A stretch of DNA of 57,735 bases from a virus (Duplodnaviria > Caudoviricetes), in the IMG/VR virus record IMGVR_UViG_3300018083_000004, positions 1 to 57,735 of that record; one strand, 5' to 3'. Position numbers and translations under genes: made by a program. The notes under the pieces are model-generated. The model worked only from the letters and a program-made list of their open reading frames with translations, did no database searches and was not told the origin of the DNA. Of this stretch, positions 27,496 to 37,325 are shown one piece after another; the stretch's first letter is position 1, and the number at the start of each line of letters is the position of its first letter.

Positions 27496-28077
27496 CTATA
27501 CCTCGATATAGGTCAACGATCCTGCCACGAAAAAGGCGCCGTTCAACGTCATGTTTAGCAAGACACCAGCGGCCGTCTCAAACCAACCGACCGGGTTAAA
27601 TGGGAGCACCATGCCTGTATTTGGTGCCAGATACACACTGCCAGATAGATTCGTTCCGCTAGCCCCAGATTGAAACAGCGCGTTCACCGTAGAGGCCGAG
27701 TTAATCCACAATGACACTACCCTTATTTTTTTGGAAGTGACGGCAGCAACCAGCGTGTTGTTGCCGTTTGTATTTACGCTAATGATAGCGAACTTCGGTG
27801 TGCATACCGCCCCGCCGATCAACATCTGATTGGATTCTTGCGACGCCCCTACCGGCAACGGCGTGGCCAAAGCGGCATCGGCGTTGCCTGTCGAGTGCAC
27901 CGGTATGAGACGGGGTATTAGAACACCGCTGTTGTCCTTCGCCGCGAACGTGCTGCCGCCTGATCCCGCGTTTGCCACAAAGTTGTCAACGAGCGCGCCC
28001 TTGATTCCATACTCACGCTCGGCACGGCGTCGGGACGCAACGAACGAAAGATCGAGCCCATCGAAAAAGCGTTTCAT
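27496..28077 (-). CDS. Hypothetical virion protein
   Basis: NTLVAAVTSKKIRV...VLPFNPVGWFETAAG jelly-roll-like C-terminus; start uncertain. Confidence 0.6.
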   Translation of the reverse strand: MKRFFDGLDLSFVASRRRAEREYGIKGALVDNFVANAGSGGSTFAAKDNSGVLIPRLIPVHSTGNADAALATPLPVGASQESNQMLIGGAVCTPKFAIISVNTNGNNTLVAAVTSKKIRVVSLWINSASTVNALFQSGASGTNLSGSVYLAPNTGMVLPFNPVGWFETAAGVLLNMTLNGAFFVAGSLTYIEV

Positions 28078-28078
28078 G

Positions 28079-28642
28079 TCATCCGACTCCCATCATCATG
28101 CGTGATTTGTGCCCAGAATCCGCGGCAAGGTCTCCGCCGTTCCAACTCTCCCACCCAAGCGCGTTGCTAAACGAATAAATCCCTGGTCTGCCACTGGTGA
28201 ACGGGGACGATGAATCCGTTATGGTGCTGATCAAGCCACCGTTGTCGTAGCATTTAATAGTTGTTGTGCCCGAGCCTGTTGCTTCAATGCGATAGGTGTG
28301 TGCATTCAGGTTCCCGCTTCCGAATGTGCCAAGCGAATTGAAGGTGCCGTTATATTTGTATAGGGTGAACAGGCTTGCGGTGCCATGGAACAAGTAGCCC
28401 TGCTGGACGCTCGTGCTACCTCGCACCCATAAGCCGCATTCTCCTTGGACAGTGATCACACCCTCGGAATACTGATTACCTCCGAATGAATCTGTTACCC
28501 AGACAGAGCCGCAATCGGTGGCGTCGACGGATCCGGTCGCGAACGTCGCCGCGCATTTCATCGCGGTTAAACCGCTCTGCACCGTCCAGCCGTTGGCCAG
28601 CGGGTTTTCGGTTCTAGTGAAGGCGTCCGAAGCTGTTGTCAT
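28079..28642 (-). CDS. Lectin/concanavalin-like beta-sandwich virion protein
   Basis: DAFTRTENPLANGW, NQYSE, TDSSSPFTSGRPGIY; resembles the N-terminal domain of the neighbouring gene. Confidence 0.6.
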   Translation of the reverse strand: MTTASDAFTRTENPLANGWTVQSGLTAMKCAATFATGSVDATDCGSVWVTDSFGGNQYSEGVITVQGECGLWVRGSTSVQQGYLFHGTASLFTLYKYNGTFNSLGTFGSGNLNAHTYRIEATGSGTTTIKCYDNGGLISTITDSSSPFTSGRPGIYSFSNALGWESWNGGDLAADSGHKSRMMMGVG

Positions 28643-28643
28643 A

Positions 28644-30494
28644 TCAAGCTACCGTGAATGTACCTAGCGCCGTGGTTGTGTTGGCTTTGATGCTTCTAGC
28701 CCATCCGTATGCGTTTCCTGTTAACAGAGAACCCTTGCGAAATTTGAACGTAATCGCACTGCTGGTGCGACTGACGCGCGGCTGGAAAGCAAATCTGCTG
28801 CTGTTTGCGTATACGTTCGCGTCCGTAAACACAATCTGTGTGTCATCTGTGGTATGCCGGTCGTACATTACATCGGCCCAATACATCCACTGTGTCGGCA
28901 TCGCGTGTTCCCGGGCGTAGCCTCCGTATGCCTCGCATCGCGCAGTTCCGGCATAAGGGTCTGTGATGCCGGTGTAGTTGAAAACTTGCTTCAGCGTCCT
29001 CGATCCAGGGGATGAGGTATACGACTTGATGTAGCCGTCGCTGGCGTTGGTGAACTTTATCCACGTTTCTCTGTACATCCATACTGCGGTTGGATTCGCG
29101 GAAGAATTCATGAACGATTTTCCCACGCCAGTATATAGACCGGTCAACGTAGAATCGTCGTTCCATCCCCCGTCTGTGACATCGTCTGTATTGTTCCAGA
29201 ACGATCCTGGGTAGTTTAAATCCTGTGGCGGAGCCGCCTGATAGCTGGCATACCAGTTATTAGGCATGGGATATGGCTGTGCCCCCCCGCCAAAGGCAAA
29301 GAATTTCAAGTTATGATCGTTGGATTGATGCACCCATCCAGGATCAAGTCGTGCATACCAAGACCAGAAAGTGTAGTAAGGGTACGCCGGGCGCGTGTAG
29401 GTGTGACCAACGATAACGTCATAGCTGTACGCATCTGCTGTAGCGGCATTCGCGCAACCGCAGATGTACTGGGTTAGATTGTTTGCGTGTGGAAGAGCAA
29501 CCGTAGCTGTAGGAATGTCTGCACTCGTTGGGACTCTACGTTTCTCAACCCATTGCCCCGTCGTAGGCGCGTGCCATGTGTAATTCCACAGATTTGAAAG
29601 ATCGGCGGCGCCGCTACAGTCATCGAATATCGTTGTCGTAGCGCTCAAGGTATTGGATATGTTGACGCTCGCGTTCTGACCATCTATCAGGGTACTTCCA
29701 CTCGTCGCCACCCCGGCCGTAAAGCTGGTGAACCCAAGATCGGTATTCGGAGATGCCCCTCCACCATCGATGGTAAAAAATCCAATCCCGGGATTACCAG
29801 TCGTGTAGGGTGCGGTTCCAGAAAGGCCGACAGTATCGGTGACCGTTCCTTTTAGCGTGGCATTGACCCAAACGCTAATAGTGTTTCCGACGATCTGCGC
29901 TTTTAGAACGTCCCCATCAACAAGCGGAATGAAGCCACCGGAAAAGTTGGCGATCTGGATAAATCCGCCGTCGCCAACGGCCTGAGCCAACGGACCGAGC
30001 CACTTGACGACCCACAAACCGCCGTGGTGGGCGAAATCGCACTCGTAGAATTTAGCGCTATGGGCCGAAACGGTGGCGCGAAGCAGTAGCTCTACTTCGT
30101 GATCTACTCCGATCAGGCTCGGATTTCGATAGACAACGGCGGAGCATTGCTGATCCGCCGCAAAAGCACCGTTCAGAATCGCGAACGAATCGTCGTAGGC
30201 CAGTGGGCCGGTCTGCGTGCCAAACGCGCGACCCCCGACGATCTGCACAGCACTCCAATCAAGACCAGTGTTACTCCAAACCCCACCTTCTGAGATGGGA
30301 TTTTCATTAGTGTCGAAGTTGGTTACATAGCTGGTGATGCCTCCGGCTATTCGCGCCCCATCGAAGGTCGTAACTGAAGATCCAACCTCCGAGAACGTCG
30401 CCACTCTGGCAACTACGCTGGCAGGAACATGCATGCCAGACACCGTCTCTAGGAATATCGGATTCGCATCCGTCTGCCCCGTAAATGGCGCCAT
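28644..30494 (-). CDS. Multidomain carbohydrate-binding/lyase-like virion protein
   Basis: N-terminal ENPISEGGVW...TGNPGIGF domain; C-terminal FWSWYARLDPGW..NLKFF...W...ETWIK...YWADVMYD jelly roll. Confidence 0.6.
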   Translation of the reverse strand: MAPFTGQTDANPIFLETVSGMHVPASVVARVATFSEVGSSVTTFDGARIAGGITSYVTNFDTNENPISEGGVWSNTGLDWSAVQIVGGRAFGTQTGPLAYDDSFAILNGAFAADQQCSAVVYRNPSLIGVDHEVELLLRATVSAHSAKFYECDFAHHGGLWVVKWLGPLAQAVGDGGFIQIANFSGGFIPLVDGDVLKAQIVGNTISVWVNATLKGTVTDTVGLSGTAPYTTGNPGIGFFTIDGGGASPNTDLGFTSFTAGVATSGSTLIDGQNASVNISNTLSATTTIFDDCSGAADLSNLWNYTWHAPTTGQWVEKRRVPTSADIPTATVALPHANNLTQYICGCANAATADAYSYDVIVGHTYTRPAYPYYTFWSWYARLDPGWVHQSNDHNLKFFAFGGGAQPYPMPNNWYASYQAAPPQDLNYPGSFWNNTDDVTDGGWNDDSTLTGLYTGVGKSFMNSSANPTAVWMYRETWIKFTNASDGYIKSYTSSPGSRTLKQVFNYTGITDPYAGTARCEAYGGYAREHAMPTQWMYWADVMYDRHTTDDTQIVFTDANVYANSSRFAFQPRVSRTSSAITFKFRKGSLLTGNAYGWARSIKANTTTALGTFTVA

Positions 30495-30509
30495 CTGGAT
30501 TACTCCGGA

Positions 30510-31262
30510 TTAGGTGATTTGCAACGTGCCGGTGACATTAAGCGTGTCACCGTTGCCGACTACCTTGTCACCGCCGGAGAACACACCGGCGGAGTACAGC
30601 GTGCCGGAAGTGCCTTCCTTCGTGCTGTTGCTGATCACGAAGCAGCCCTTGACGGTGCCGGCGCCGGTGATCGAGAAGGATGAGGCGCCGGAAGTGGCTT
30701 TGCTGACGGTGCCAGCTCCAGAGGCCGCACTCCAGCCCAATGCGGGCCGGGTACCTTGCGAGTAGTTCGGGGCGTTGGAAGACGCAGCTTCCTTCCAGCC
30801 GTTGCTGCCATTGATCTGCGCCGCCGTATTGGTCGCCGCGGTGGTCGAATAGGAAACGCTTGAGATCAGCCCGCAATACCAGGTTGCCTGCTGTGTGCCG
30901 CCGCCAAACATGACGTCAAGCAGCAGCGCCTTGCCCTGATCGGTGACTGTGTTGCGGAAGACATCCGTCCACTTGCGCTCGACCGGAATGGCAGCCAACT
31001 CCGCGGCCAAGTCAACTACATCCACGTCCTGATCATCGCTCGTTGCGATCGCGTCGCGCAGAGCGCAATAACGACCGCGCTGATCCTCGATCGGCCCGAC
31101 GCACTCCCACTGGTAGTGAATATGCGGCGCTTCGATTGCTTCGATGATCTCATCATCGATATGCCCGGGCTCGTCTCCAGTCTTCATGCGGCGCAGATGC
31201 ACCGCGTCACTCGTGTCGGCACTCGACACCTTGCCAATGCCTGCTTGATCGTGGTGGTCCAT
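30510..31262 (-). CDS. Hypothetical virion protein
   Basis: AAGGAG RBS; [13 protein letters not shown]...WYCGL...GTLYSAGVF...GDTLNVT pattern common in head-region genes. Confidence 0.7.
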   Translation of the reverse strand: MDHHDQAGIGKVSSADTSDAVHLRRMKTGDEPGHIDDEIIEAIEAPHIHYQWECVGPIEDQRGRYCALRDAIATSDDQDVDVVDLAAELAAIPVERKWTDVFRNTVTDQGKALLLDVMFGGGTQQATWYCGLISSVSYSTTAATNTAAQINGSNGWKEAASSNAPNYSQGTRPALGWSAASGAGTVSKATSGASSFSITGAGTVKGCFVISNSTKEGTSGTLYSAGVFSGGDKVVGNGDTLNVTGTLQIT

Positions 31263-31288
31263 AGCCGCCTTGCTCCTTGGGAATTGAG

Positions 31289-31323
31289 AAAAAGAAAAAG
31301 GGCCCGGATCGCTCCGAGCCCTT
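31289..31323 (-). terminator. Rho-independent terminator after the capsid and decoration genes
   Basis: AAGGGCTCGGA-gcga-TCCGGGCCCTT followed by a T-rich tract. Confidence 0.75.
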
Positions 31324-31351
31324 CTTGGTATTGGATGGTCTTTCTGGGTAA

Positions 31352-31792
31352 CTACTTCGTCTCGACTACAGTCGCGAGTTGCAGATCGCTTGCCACGCCA
31401 TACTTAGGCGCTACAGCGAGCACGATAATTGCCATCGGGCCGCCGGTGCTAGCACCCACGACCCCGAACTTTCCATAGCGCGGTTTAGTAGCCGGCATCT
31501 CTGCACCACGGATGGTCAAAATGATCTGCGTGTTGTCGTTCGCGGTTGCGTCTGCAGCCCGCTGGGTGGCCGCTTTGACCGATGCGGTTGGATTGGCCCC
31601 GTTGGAATCGCAACCGACAAACCGGAAGTCAACAGTAGAACCAACCACGATGTCACCGCACATCAAAAACGCGATGACCTGATCATATTTGCTCATGTCG
31701 ACCACGTCGGTAAAGACCTCAGCCGTTGTAACAGCGACCGGGTCCAGCGTGGCGACCACCGGAAGAATAGAACTGGCTTTGACATTGATCAT
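31352..31792 (-). CDS. Putative capsid decoration protein, paralogue B
   Basis: About 77% identical (hand count) to the adjacent gene; follows the major capsid gene. Confidence 0.75.
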   Translation of the reverse strand: MINVKASSILPVVATLDPVAVTTAEVFTDVVDMSKYDQVIAFLMCGDIVVGSTVDFRFVGCDSNGANPTASVKAATQRAADATANDNTQIILTIRGAEMPATKPRYGKFGVVGASTGGPMAIIVLAVAPKYGVASDLQLATVVETK

Positions 31793-31804
31793 GGTGGCGA
31801 CCCC

Positions 31805-32242
31805 TTACTTGGTTTCGACGACAGTCGCGAGCTGCAACGCGCTGGCAACGTCGTACTTGGCAGCAATACCGAGGACCAGCACCGCCAAAGGTCCGCCGGA
31901 GCCAGAGGCGACAATCCCGAACTTTCCATAGCGCGGTTTAGTAGCCGGCATCTCTGCACCACGGATGGTCAGAATGATTTGGATACCGTCATTGAGCGAG
32001 GCATCCGACGCGCGCTGCGTGGCCGCCTTCACGGACGCGGTTGGATTGGTCCCGTTGGAATCGCATCCAACGAAACGAAAATCGAGCGTTGATGCCGCCA
32101 TGTCTCCAGTAGCGGCAAACGCGATGACTTGGTCGAATTTGCTCATGTCGACCACGTCGGTAAACACTTCCACGGTAGTGACCGTCTGCGGATCAACCGT
32201 AGCAATCACCGGCAGGATGGAACTGGCTTTGATGTTGATCAT
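31805..32242 (-). CDS. Putative capsid decoration protein, paralogue A
   Basis: AGGAG RBS; first gene after the major capsid gene; VVDMSKFD...RY jelly-roll pattern. Confidence 0.75.
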   Translation of the reverse strand: MINIKASSILPVIATVDPQTVTTVEVFTDVVDMSKFDQVIAFAATGDMAASTLDFRFVGCDSNGTNPTASVKAATQRASDASLNDGIQIILTIRGAEMPATKPRYGKFGIVASGSGGPLAVLVLGIAAKYDVASALQLATVVETK

Positions 32243-32340
32243 GTGAAACTCCTATTTGCTAGGGTGCTAAGAAAGTAGAGAAGGGAAGCGCCCCACCCAA
32301 GACGAATAGGGCGCCCAAGGAACCACCGGGAAGGTGGAGC

Positions 32341-33753
32341 TTACGGCCGGCCGCCGAGCGTGACGAACGGAGAGAGTGTGTTGCTGCCGTTGGCACGCGC
32401 GACTGCAGCCGACAGCCACGGCTGCCCGCCTACGCGCAGAATGAACCGGAACGCGAGCAAGTCTTTCTCGAATTCCACATGGATCGACATATCGAAGCGC
32501 ACGCCGCCGGTCTTGATCAGCGCCAGATACATCTGCAAGTTCGCCAGGATGATGTCGCCGGCTGTACCCAGCGTCGCGCACGCTTCCGTGGCAATCATCG
32601 GACGGCCCATCAGCGTCCCGTAAGGGGACGCTGACATACCGCCCGGCGGCATGTAGAGCGGATAACCACCGCCGACGTTTTCGGATCCGGCCACGTTGGT
32701 GACCTTGCTGACCATCTGGAACAGTTGAGGCTCGATATCCTGGTTATAGAGCCAAACCGCATTGCGACGCCATGTAGCGTGCATGCGCGCGTACATCTTC
32801 TGAACGTTCGCGGCCACCAATGTGGCATTTGGCTGCGAGGTTTCCTTGGTGATGGTGACCAGTGCCGGCGAATTCAGAATCCCCAGCGGCTGTCCGGCAC
32901 CATTGCCGTTGATCAGCGCGTCGTTGAGTTTCCACTGAATAGCGGCAGGCGCTTTCCGCTGCACAAAGGCGCCCATAGCTGGCGCATCCTCGACCAGTTC
33001 GTCGGTTAAATAGACCAGGACCATCATCTTGTTAGCCCGCACGGTCAACGGCTTTAGATTTGGCTTGGTCTGCGTTGTCGCGGTCGATTCATCGACCCAA
33101 TAGGCGCGCACACCGCTTGCATGCCACGGTGCGTTTTCGTCTACCGGCACCACTAGTTGATTGGAGCTGGTACGTTGCTGATCACACATACCGAGCAGCG
33201 ACTCTTCGCCCTCAACCAGCCGCACGATGTCCGAGCGCCAATCTGGCGGAATGGCAAACCCGCCATCCTCGCCGAGCGACTCCGTCCCGATCGTGGTAGC
33301 CGCGGCGCGGATCAACCGAGAATCGACCTGACCGCGAACTTCTGCATCGCGCACGGCGGCGAAATACTCGCCAATGTGCGAGAAGCCCCAGCGACCACGC
33401 TCTTGATCGCCGACTAGGCGGGTATGTTGCAGTCCGTCACTACCGCGCTGACGGGTGGGAGTCTGTGGCGCGGGCGGATCAATTCGAGCCGGGGCGGGTG
33501 CTGTCGCAACCGCTTGCACCGGGGCGGGCTCACTGCGACGGCCGGTGCCCTGCTGCGCACGATCAGCCTGATCGGCAATGCGGGAACGGCGCTTGAGCTC
33601 GATCTCCGTCTGGTCGAATTCCTCCAGAATGTTATCGATCTCGTTGGATTCTTCCACGGTTAGATCGCGTTTTTCCTGATCGGCCTTCGCCTGAATTGCT
33701 TGCGCGCGGTCGGTCAACTCGCCCAGCTTCTGTTTGACGTCTGCGATGTCCAT
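32341..33753 (-). CDS. HK97-fold major capsid protein with N-terminal delta domain
   Basis: Coiled-coil N-terminus, DGGFAIP, WVDES, LINGNGAGQPLGILNS, AFRFILRVGGQP; AAGGAG RBS. Confidence 0.95.
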   Translation of the reverse strand: MDIADVKQKLGELTDRAQAIQAKADQEKRDLTVEESNEIDNILEEFDQTEIELKRRSRIADQADRAQQGTGRRSEPAPVQAVATAPAPARIDPPAPQTPTRQRGSDGLQHTRLVGDQERGRWGFSHIGEYFAAVRDAEVRGQVDSRLIRAAATTIGTESLGEDGGFAIPPDWRSDIVRLVEGEESLLGMCDQQRTSSNQLVVPVDENAPWHASGVRAYWVDESTATTQTKPNLKPLTVRANKMMVLVYLTDELVEDAPAMGAFVQRKAPAAIQWKLNDALINGNGAGQPLGILNSPALVTITKETSQPNATLVAANVQKMYARMHATWRRNAVWLYNQDIEPQLFQMVSKVTNVAGSENVGGGYPLYMPPGGMSASPYGTLMGRPMIATEACATLGTAGDIILANLQMYLALIKTGGVRFDMSIHVEFEKDLLAFRFILRVGGQPWLSAAVARANGSNTLSPFVTLGGRP

Positions 33754-33854
33754 TTACAACTCCTTGAAAATAAAAAAAGGGCCTGCTCGGAATGAACAGA
33801 CCCTCGGGATGGCGAAGCGCCGCGGAAACTAGCGGCGTCCAGTTCACTGCAAAG

Positions 33855-34541
33855 TCACAGTCGACCAGCGCGCTGTGCCAGTTCACGCGTACGCGCACGC
33901 ACCAGATCGGCACGCGGCGTATGGGCTTTCTTCTGCACCGCGGAGCGCAGCTCCGGCGGCACGTTCTTAAAACGGGTTGGATCGAAATGAGCGGCAATGG
34001 CAAGATCCTTCGTCACTTCATCGACGAAGCCCTCCTCCATCGCCTGTCCGCCACGCATCCAGGTCTCGGCATCCATCAATGCGCGAATGTGCTCGCCGTC
34101 GTTCTTGGTGCGTCGCTCATAGGTAGTGACGATGTTCTCACGCACTTGATCCAGGACATCGGCCTGCGCGCGCATGTCCTCGGCGGTGCCCATCGTGATC
34201 GACCACGGGTTATGGATCATGAACATGGCGTTTTCGGCCATGGAAATCTTGTCTCCGGCCATCGCTACCACGGTCGCTGCAGACAACGCCATGCCGTCGA
34301 TCGACACTTCCTTGCGGGCGTTGTGTCGGCGCAGTGTGTTGTACATGGCCATGGCGTCGAACACATCCCCGCCAGGACTATTGATCCTCACCTGCAGCGT
34401 GACGATGTCTTTTCCCAGCGCCTTGAGATCCTCGGCGAACTGCTTGGCCGAAATTCCCCCGAACCACGATTCCCCGATGTCGTCGTAGATCATGATCTCC
34501 GCCGCCTTCTCCGACTTCATGCGAATGCGATAGTTGGCCAT
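33855..34541 (-). CDS. ClpP-like prohead protease
   Basis: IYDDIG, RINSPGGDVF, ALSAATVVAMAG, MIHNPW, ETWM...GFVDE. Confidence 0.95.
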   Translation of the reverse strand: MANYRIRMKSEKAAEIMIYDDIGESWFGGISAKQFAEDLKALGKDIVTLQVRINSPGGDVFDAMAMYNTLRRHNARKEVSIDGMALSAATVVAMAGDKISMAENAMFMIHNPWSITMGTAEDMRAQADVLDQVRENIVTTYERRTKNDGEHIRALMDAETWMRGGQAMEEGFVDEVTKDLAIAAHFDPTRFKNVPPELRSAVQKKAHTPRADLVRARTRELAQRAGRL

Positions 34542-35175
34542 GCTCGTTCACTCCTGTGCCACTCAATTGATGGATGTGCCCGGTGCCGACATATTCCGAA
34601 TGGGATGCACCTGGGGTATCTTGGGTGATGGCTGCTCCGGTCCAGATCAGCAGACCGCCATCGCCGACGCTCGAGCGATGCACCGTTCTATGCGCTGAAG
34701 TGATCGCCTCGCCGGCGTGCGCGCCCATACCGCCGCAGGCGATGTAACGCCGCCGCACAATCGCAGGCACACGCACATGCTGCGTGCCAGCCATGCCGCC
34801 AAAGACCAGACCACCATCGGCCACAAAGTCGTAGTCGACGGTAAGCGGCAGATCGAGTTGCGGTAGCCGTAGCTTCCGACGCCGCTTGTAGTTCGACCAG
34901 GCGCCGCGCGTTTCCTCTACGGGCCCGCCGCTCGTCTCGGCCTCGCCCGAGAACACCAACCCGCCATCGGCCTCGTACTCCCAGGCCACGTCCGAGCGTT
35001 CGGTCAGCGCGCTGTCGCCGAACACCATGCCGCCGCGGCCGATGTAGGACTGCCCGGTTTCGGCGCCGGCGCACGTCACCATATCCTGATCGAACCAGCC
35101 GATCAGTTCTGCGATGCCGCTATCGAACCAGCAAGCTGGACATAGCCCCGGATCGAATGTGGTCAACGGCGCCAT
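34378..35175 (-). CDS. Hypothetical protein with Y.A.GGLVF.G.A repeats
   Basis: About five GG(L/M)VF.G.A-like repeats; 3' end overlaps clpP by 164 nt, so the end is uncertain. Confidence 0.55.
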   Translation of the reverse strand: MAPLTTFDPGLCPACWFDSGIAELIGWFDQDMVTCAGAETGQSYIGRGGMVFGDSALTERSDVAWEYEADGGLVFSGEAETSGGPVEETRGAWSNYKRRRKLRLPQLDLPLTVDYDFVADGGLVFGGMAGTQHVRVPAIVRRRYIACGGMGAHAGEAITSAHRTVHRSSVGDGGLLIWTGAAITQDTPGASHSEYVGTGHIHQLSGTGVNEHGQLSHSHEVGEGGGDHDLRRHRGIVVRGNFGQAVRRGSQGAGKRHRHAAGEDQ

Positions 35176-35187
35176 ACACGCGATCCC

Positions 35188-35220
35188 AAAAAAAAGGCCC
35201 GCTCAGAATTGAGCGGGCCT
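35188..35220 (-). terminator. Rho-independent terminator closing the glycosyltransferase cassette
   Basis: AGGCCCGCTCA-attc-TGAGCGGGCCT followed by T7. Confidence 0.85.
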
Positions 35221-35242
35221 GGGTACGAACGAAAGTGTCAGT

Positions 35243-35722
35243 TCACTGTTGCGCCACCATAGCGAGACGCGGCGGTATCGACCATGCGCGAATGGCTTGC
35301 ACGACGGCGCGAGGATCCATGAAGGCCTCCGCGTCGTAGGATTCGTTTTCCCACACGTCGAATTGATTCTTGCGCAGGTACTTGCGATCCTTCAGCAAGT
35401 TCAAGTTTTCCGGATAGCCGAAGATCAACGGGTCGGATTTGGACCACAGCACTACTCCGGGTTTTGGAACGTGATGCGCCAAATGTTGCAAAAAGCTGTC
35501 AATGCAGATGAAAAAATCGCACCGGATTAGAAGCGCTGTAATTTCCTTTAGAGGCAGATTCGTGCGGAAGTCCTCGACTAGCGGCTGTTGCTCCTCATCG
35601 TCTCGCCCGATCTGGATGATTTCCTCGTCGAGCAGAGCGATCAGTTGCGGCCAGTATGGGAACTGCTTGGCATTCTTCAGGCCATTGCGCAACTGCTGCG
35701 CGTACGGTTGGATCAAGATCAT
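35243..35722 (-). CDS. Glycosyltransferase family 9-like C-terminal domain
   Basis: KQFPYW, IIQIG, CDFFICIDSFLQHLAH, GVVLWSKSDP.IFGYPEN; ATGA-coupled to the upstream gene. Confidence 0.8.
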   Translation of the reverse strand: MILIQPYAQQLRNGLKNAKQFPYWPQLIALLDEEIIQIGRDDEEQQPLVEDFRTNLPLKEITALLIRCDFFICIDSFLQHLAHHVPKPGVVLWSKSDPLIFGYPENLNLLKDRKYLRKNQFDVWENESYDAEAFMDPRAVVQAIRAWSIPPRLAMVAQQ

Positions 35723-37302
35723 TGCAGATACATTTTCCGGTAGGCTTCCACGATATGACCGCGCCAATTCCACTGCGACATTTCGTCGTAGACGTTTTCC
35801 TTGCTCTGCTCTTTCGCTTTTTCATACGGGATTAGCACAACGTCGTCGTTTTCAAAAACCTCCGGATATATGCTGCCGATCACTACCGTTTCATATTTCT
35901 GTTTCAGCTCCGGCAGAATATTGCGAAATGCCAAACAGTCTCCGAGCCCGACGCCAAGGTGGATCAGCTTGACGCTGAATTCTTTCTCCATGATCTCCAT
36001 GAACTCGCGATGGTCGAAGGCATACGCCCACTTGTAATCAGCTTCGCGCGTGCCGCCTTTGCGGGCTTTGAAATGTAGTGTATGGATCGAGGTGTCCGCA
36101 ATCAGCTTCCAGCCGGCACGCTTGAGACGATGAGTGAAAATGCTTTCCTCATGAAAAGCAACCTGCGACATATCGCTCTTGTAGTTGACGATTCCGGCGC
36201 GATACAGGAATGAGCTATACAGGAAATCAACCTCGTGCGTGCCTTGGTTAGGCGCCCATTGCACGTTTCCCCCGTGGAAGAAATCCGCAATCTTGCTGGT
36301 GCCACCGGGAAACTGCCGCTCGATCTCATAGACCGCGCCACCCACTGCACCCACGTCGTCGGCCATGTGCGCGAGCAGCCGCTCGAGTACATCCGGCTCC
36401 GGCAGGCTGTCGTCGTCCAGCCGCCACACGTAGTCATAGCCTGCAGTGTTGGCCATCTGATGCGCCACGTGCTGACCGCGGCCGGGAGTAAACAGTACCT
36501 CCCACTCGATGCCGTGGCGGTTCAGCAGTGGCAGCATGTAACGGCCGATGTCGTGCTCGCGCAGATCCTTGCGCTCGCCGTCGTCGTAGATGCAGACCTT
36601 GTCCGGCTTTACCGATTGAAACGCGATGGCCTGCAAGCAGTGCATGAGCGCGTCGTAGCGGTTCTTGGTCGGGATCGAGCACAAGATGCGTTTGCGCTCC
36701 TTGTACGTCTCGCCCTCGTGCCACTCCATCATCAGCAAATTAGGATTCTGCGCGACCGGGTAGCTTTCGATGTTCCCCGGCATGTGCATGTAGCTGTACT
36801 TGAACTGCGGGAAGTCTTTCTCCGTCAGTTGGTGCAGGACGTGGTGGGCGCCCCAGAAACCGGGCGGTTCCCGGTACGGCGTGGAGAGCAGCAACGTCTT
36901 GCAATGCTTCTTCAGCTCCTGCGCGAGCTCGCGACCGTTGCGCACGTGCTCAAGCACCTCGAAGGCGATGATCACGTCCAACCGCTCGATCTTCTCCAAG
37001 TACTTGTCTATCGAACTCCAGATGAAAGCATGCCGCTCGTCGCCGAACTGCTCGGTCGCATATTTCACGATCTCGCGCGAGTAGTCCGCGCCAATGTAAT
37101 GCACGTCGGCCGGCAGATACATCGTGCCGAAGCCAGACGAGCAGCCGAATTCGAGCACGCGATCGCCCGACTTAGTGAACTGCGCCGCCCACTTGTAGCG
37201 CGCGATCTCGCGGGCATAGATGTCTGGGTCCACGTCGCCGCGACCCAAGACGGTGCGCTCCCACTGATTTCCTAAGCGGTCTTGATCAGGATGAACAGGC
37301 AT
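35719..37302 (-). CDS. SAM methyltransferase / GT2 glycosyltransferase / GT9 N-domain fusion
   Basis: VLEFGCSSGFG and AFEVLEH (class I MTase); SIPTKNR, IYDDG, RLDDD (GT-A); C-terminal GVGLGD...YPEVFEN (GT9 N-domain). Confidence 0.85.
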   Translation of the reverse strand: MPVHPDQDRLGNQWERTVLGRGDVDPDIYAREIARYKWAAQFTKSGDRVLEFGCSSGFGTMYLPADVHYIGADYSREIVKYATEQFGDERHAFIWSSIDKYLEKIERLDVIIAFEVLEHVRNGRELAQELKKHCKTLLLSTPYREPPGFWGAHHVLHQLTEKDFPQFKYSYMHMPGNIESYPVAQNPNLLMMEWHEGETYKERKRILCSIPTKNRYDALMHCLQAIAFQSVKPDKVCIYDDGERKDLREHDIGRYMLPLLNRHGIEWEVLFTPGRGQHVAHQMANTAGYDYVWRLDDDSLPEPDVLERLLAHMADDVGAVGGAVYEIERQFPGGTSKIADFFHGGNVQWAPNQGTHEVDFLYSSFLYRAGIVNYKSDMSQVAFHEESIFTHRLKRAGWKLIADTSIHTLHFKARKGGTREADYKWAYAFDHREFMEIMEKEFSVKLIHLGVGLGDCLAFRNILPELKQKYETVVIGSIYPEVFENDDVVLIPYEKAKEQSKENVYDEMSQWNWRGHIVEAYRKMYLQ

Positions 37303-37325
37303 GGATAGCTAAAGCTTTATCCAGG

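Noticed and set aside
31352-32242. DGR template/variable repeat pair
   Set aside because: Differences are not adenine-specific, both copies are full genes, and no reverse transcriptase is encoded.
35243-37302. Glycosyltransferases as a serotype-conversion or DNA-hypermodification locus
   Set aside because: There are no TM segments, GtrA/GtrB-like genes, separate promoter or base-hydroxymethylase genes, and the location is in the late head operon. Disfavoured but not excluded.
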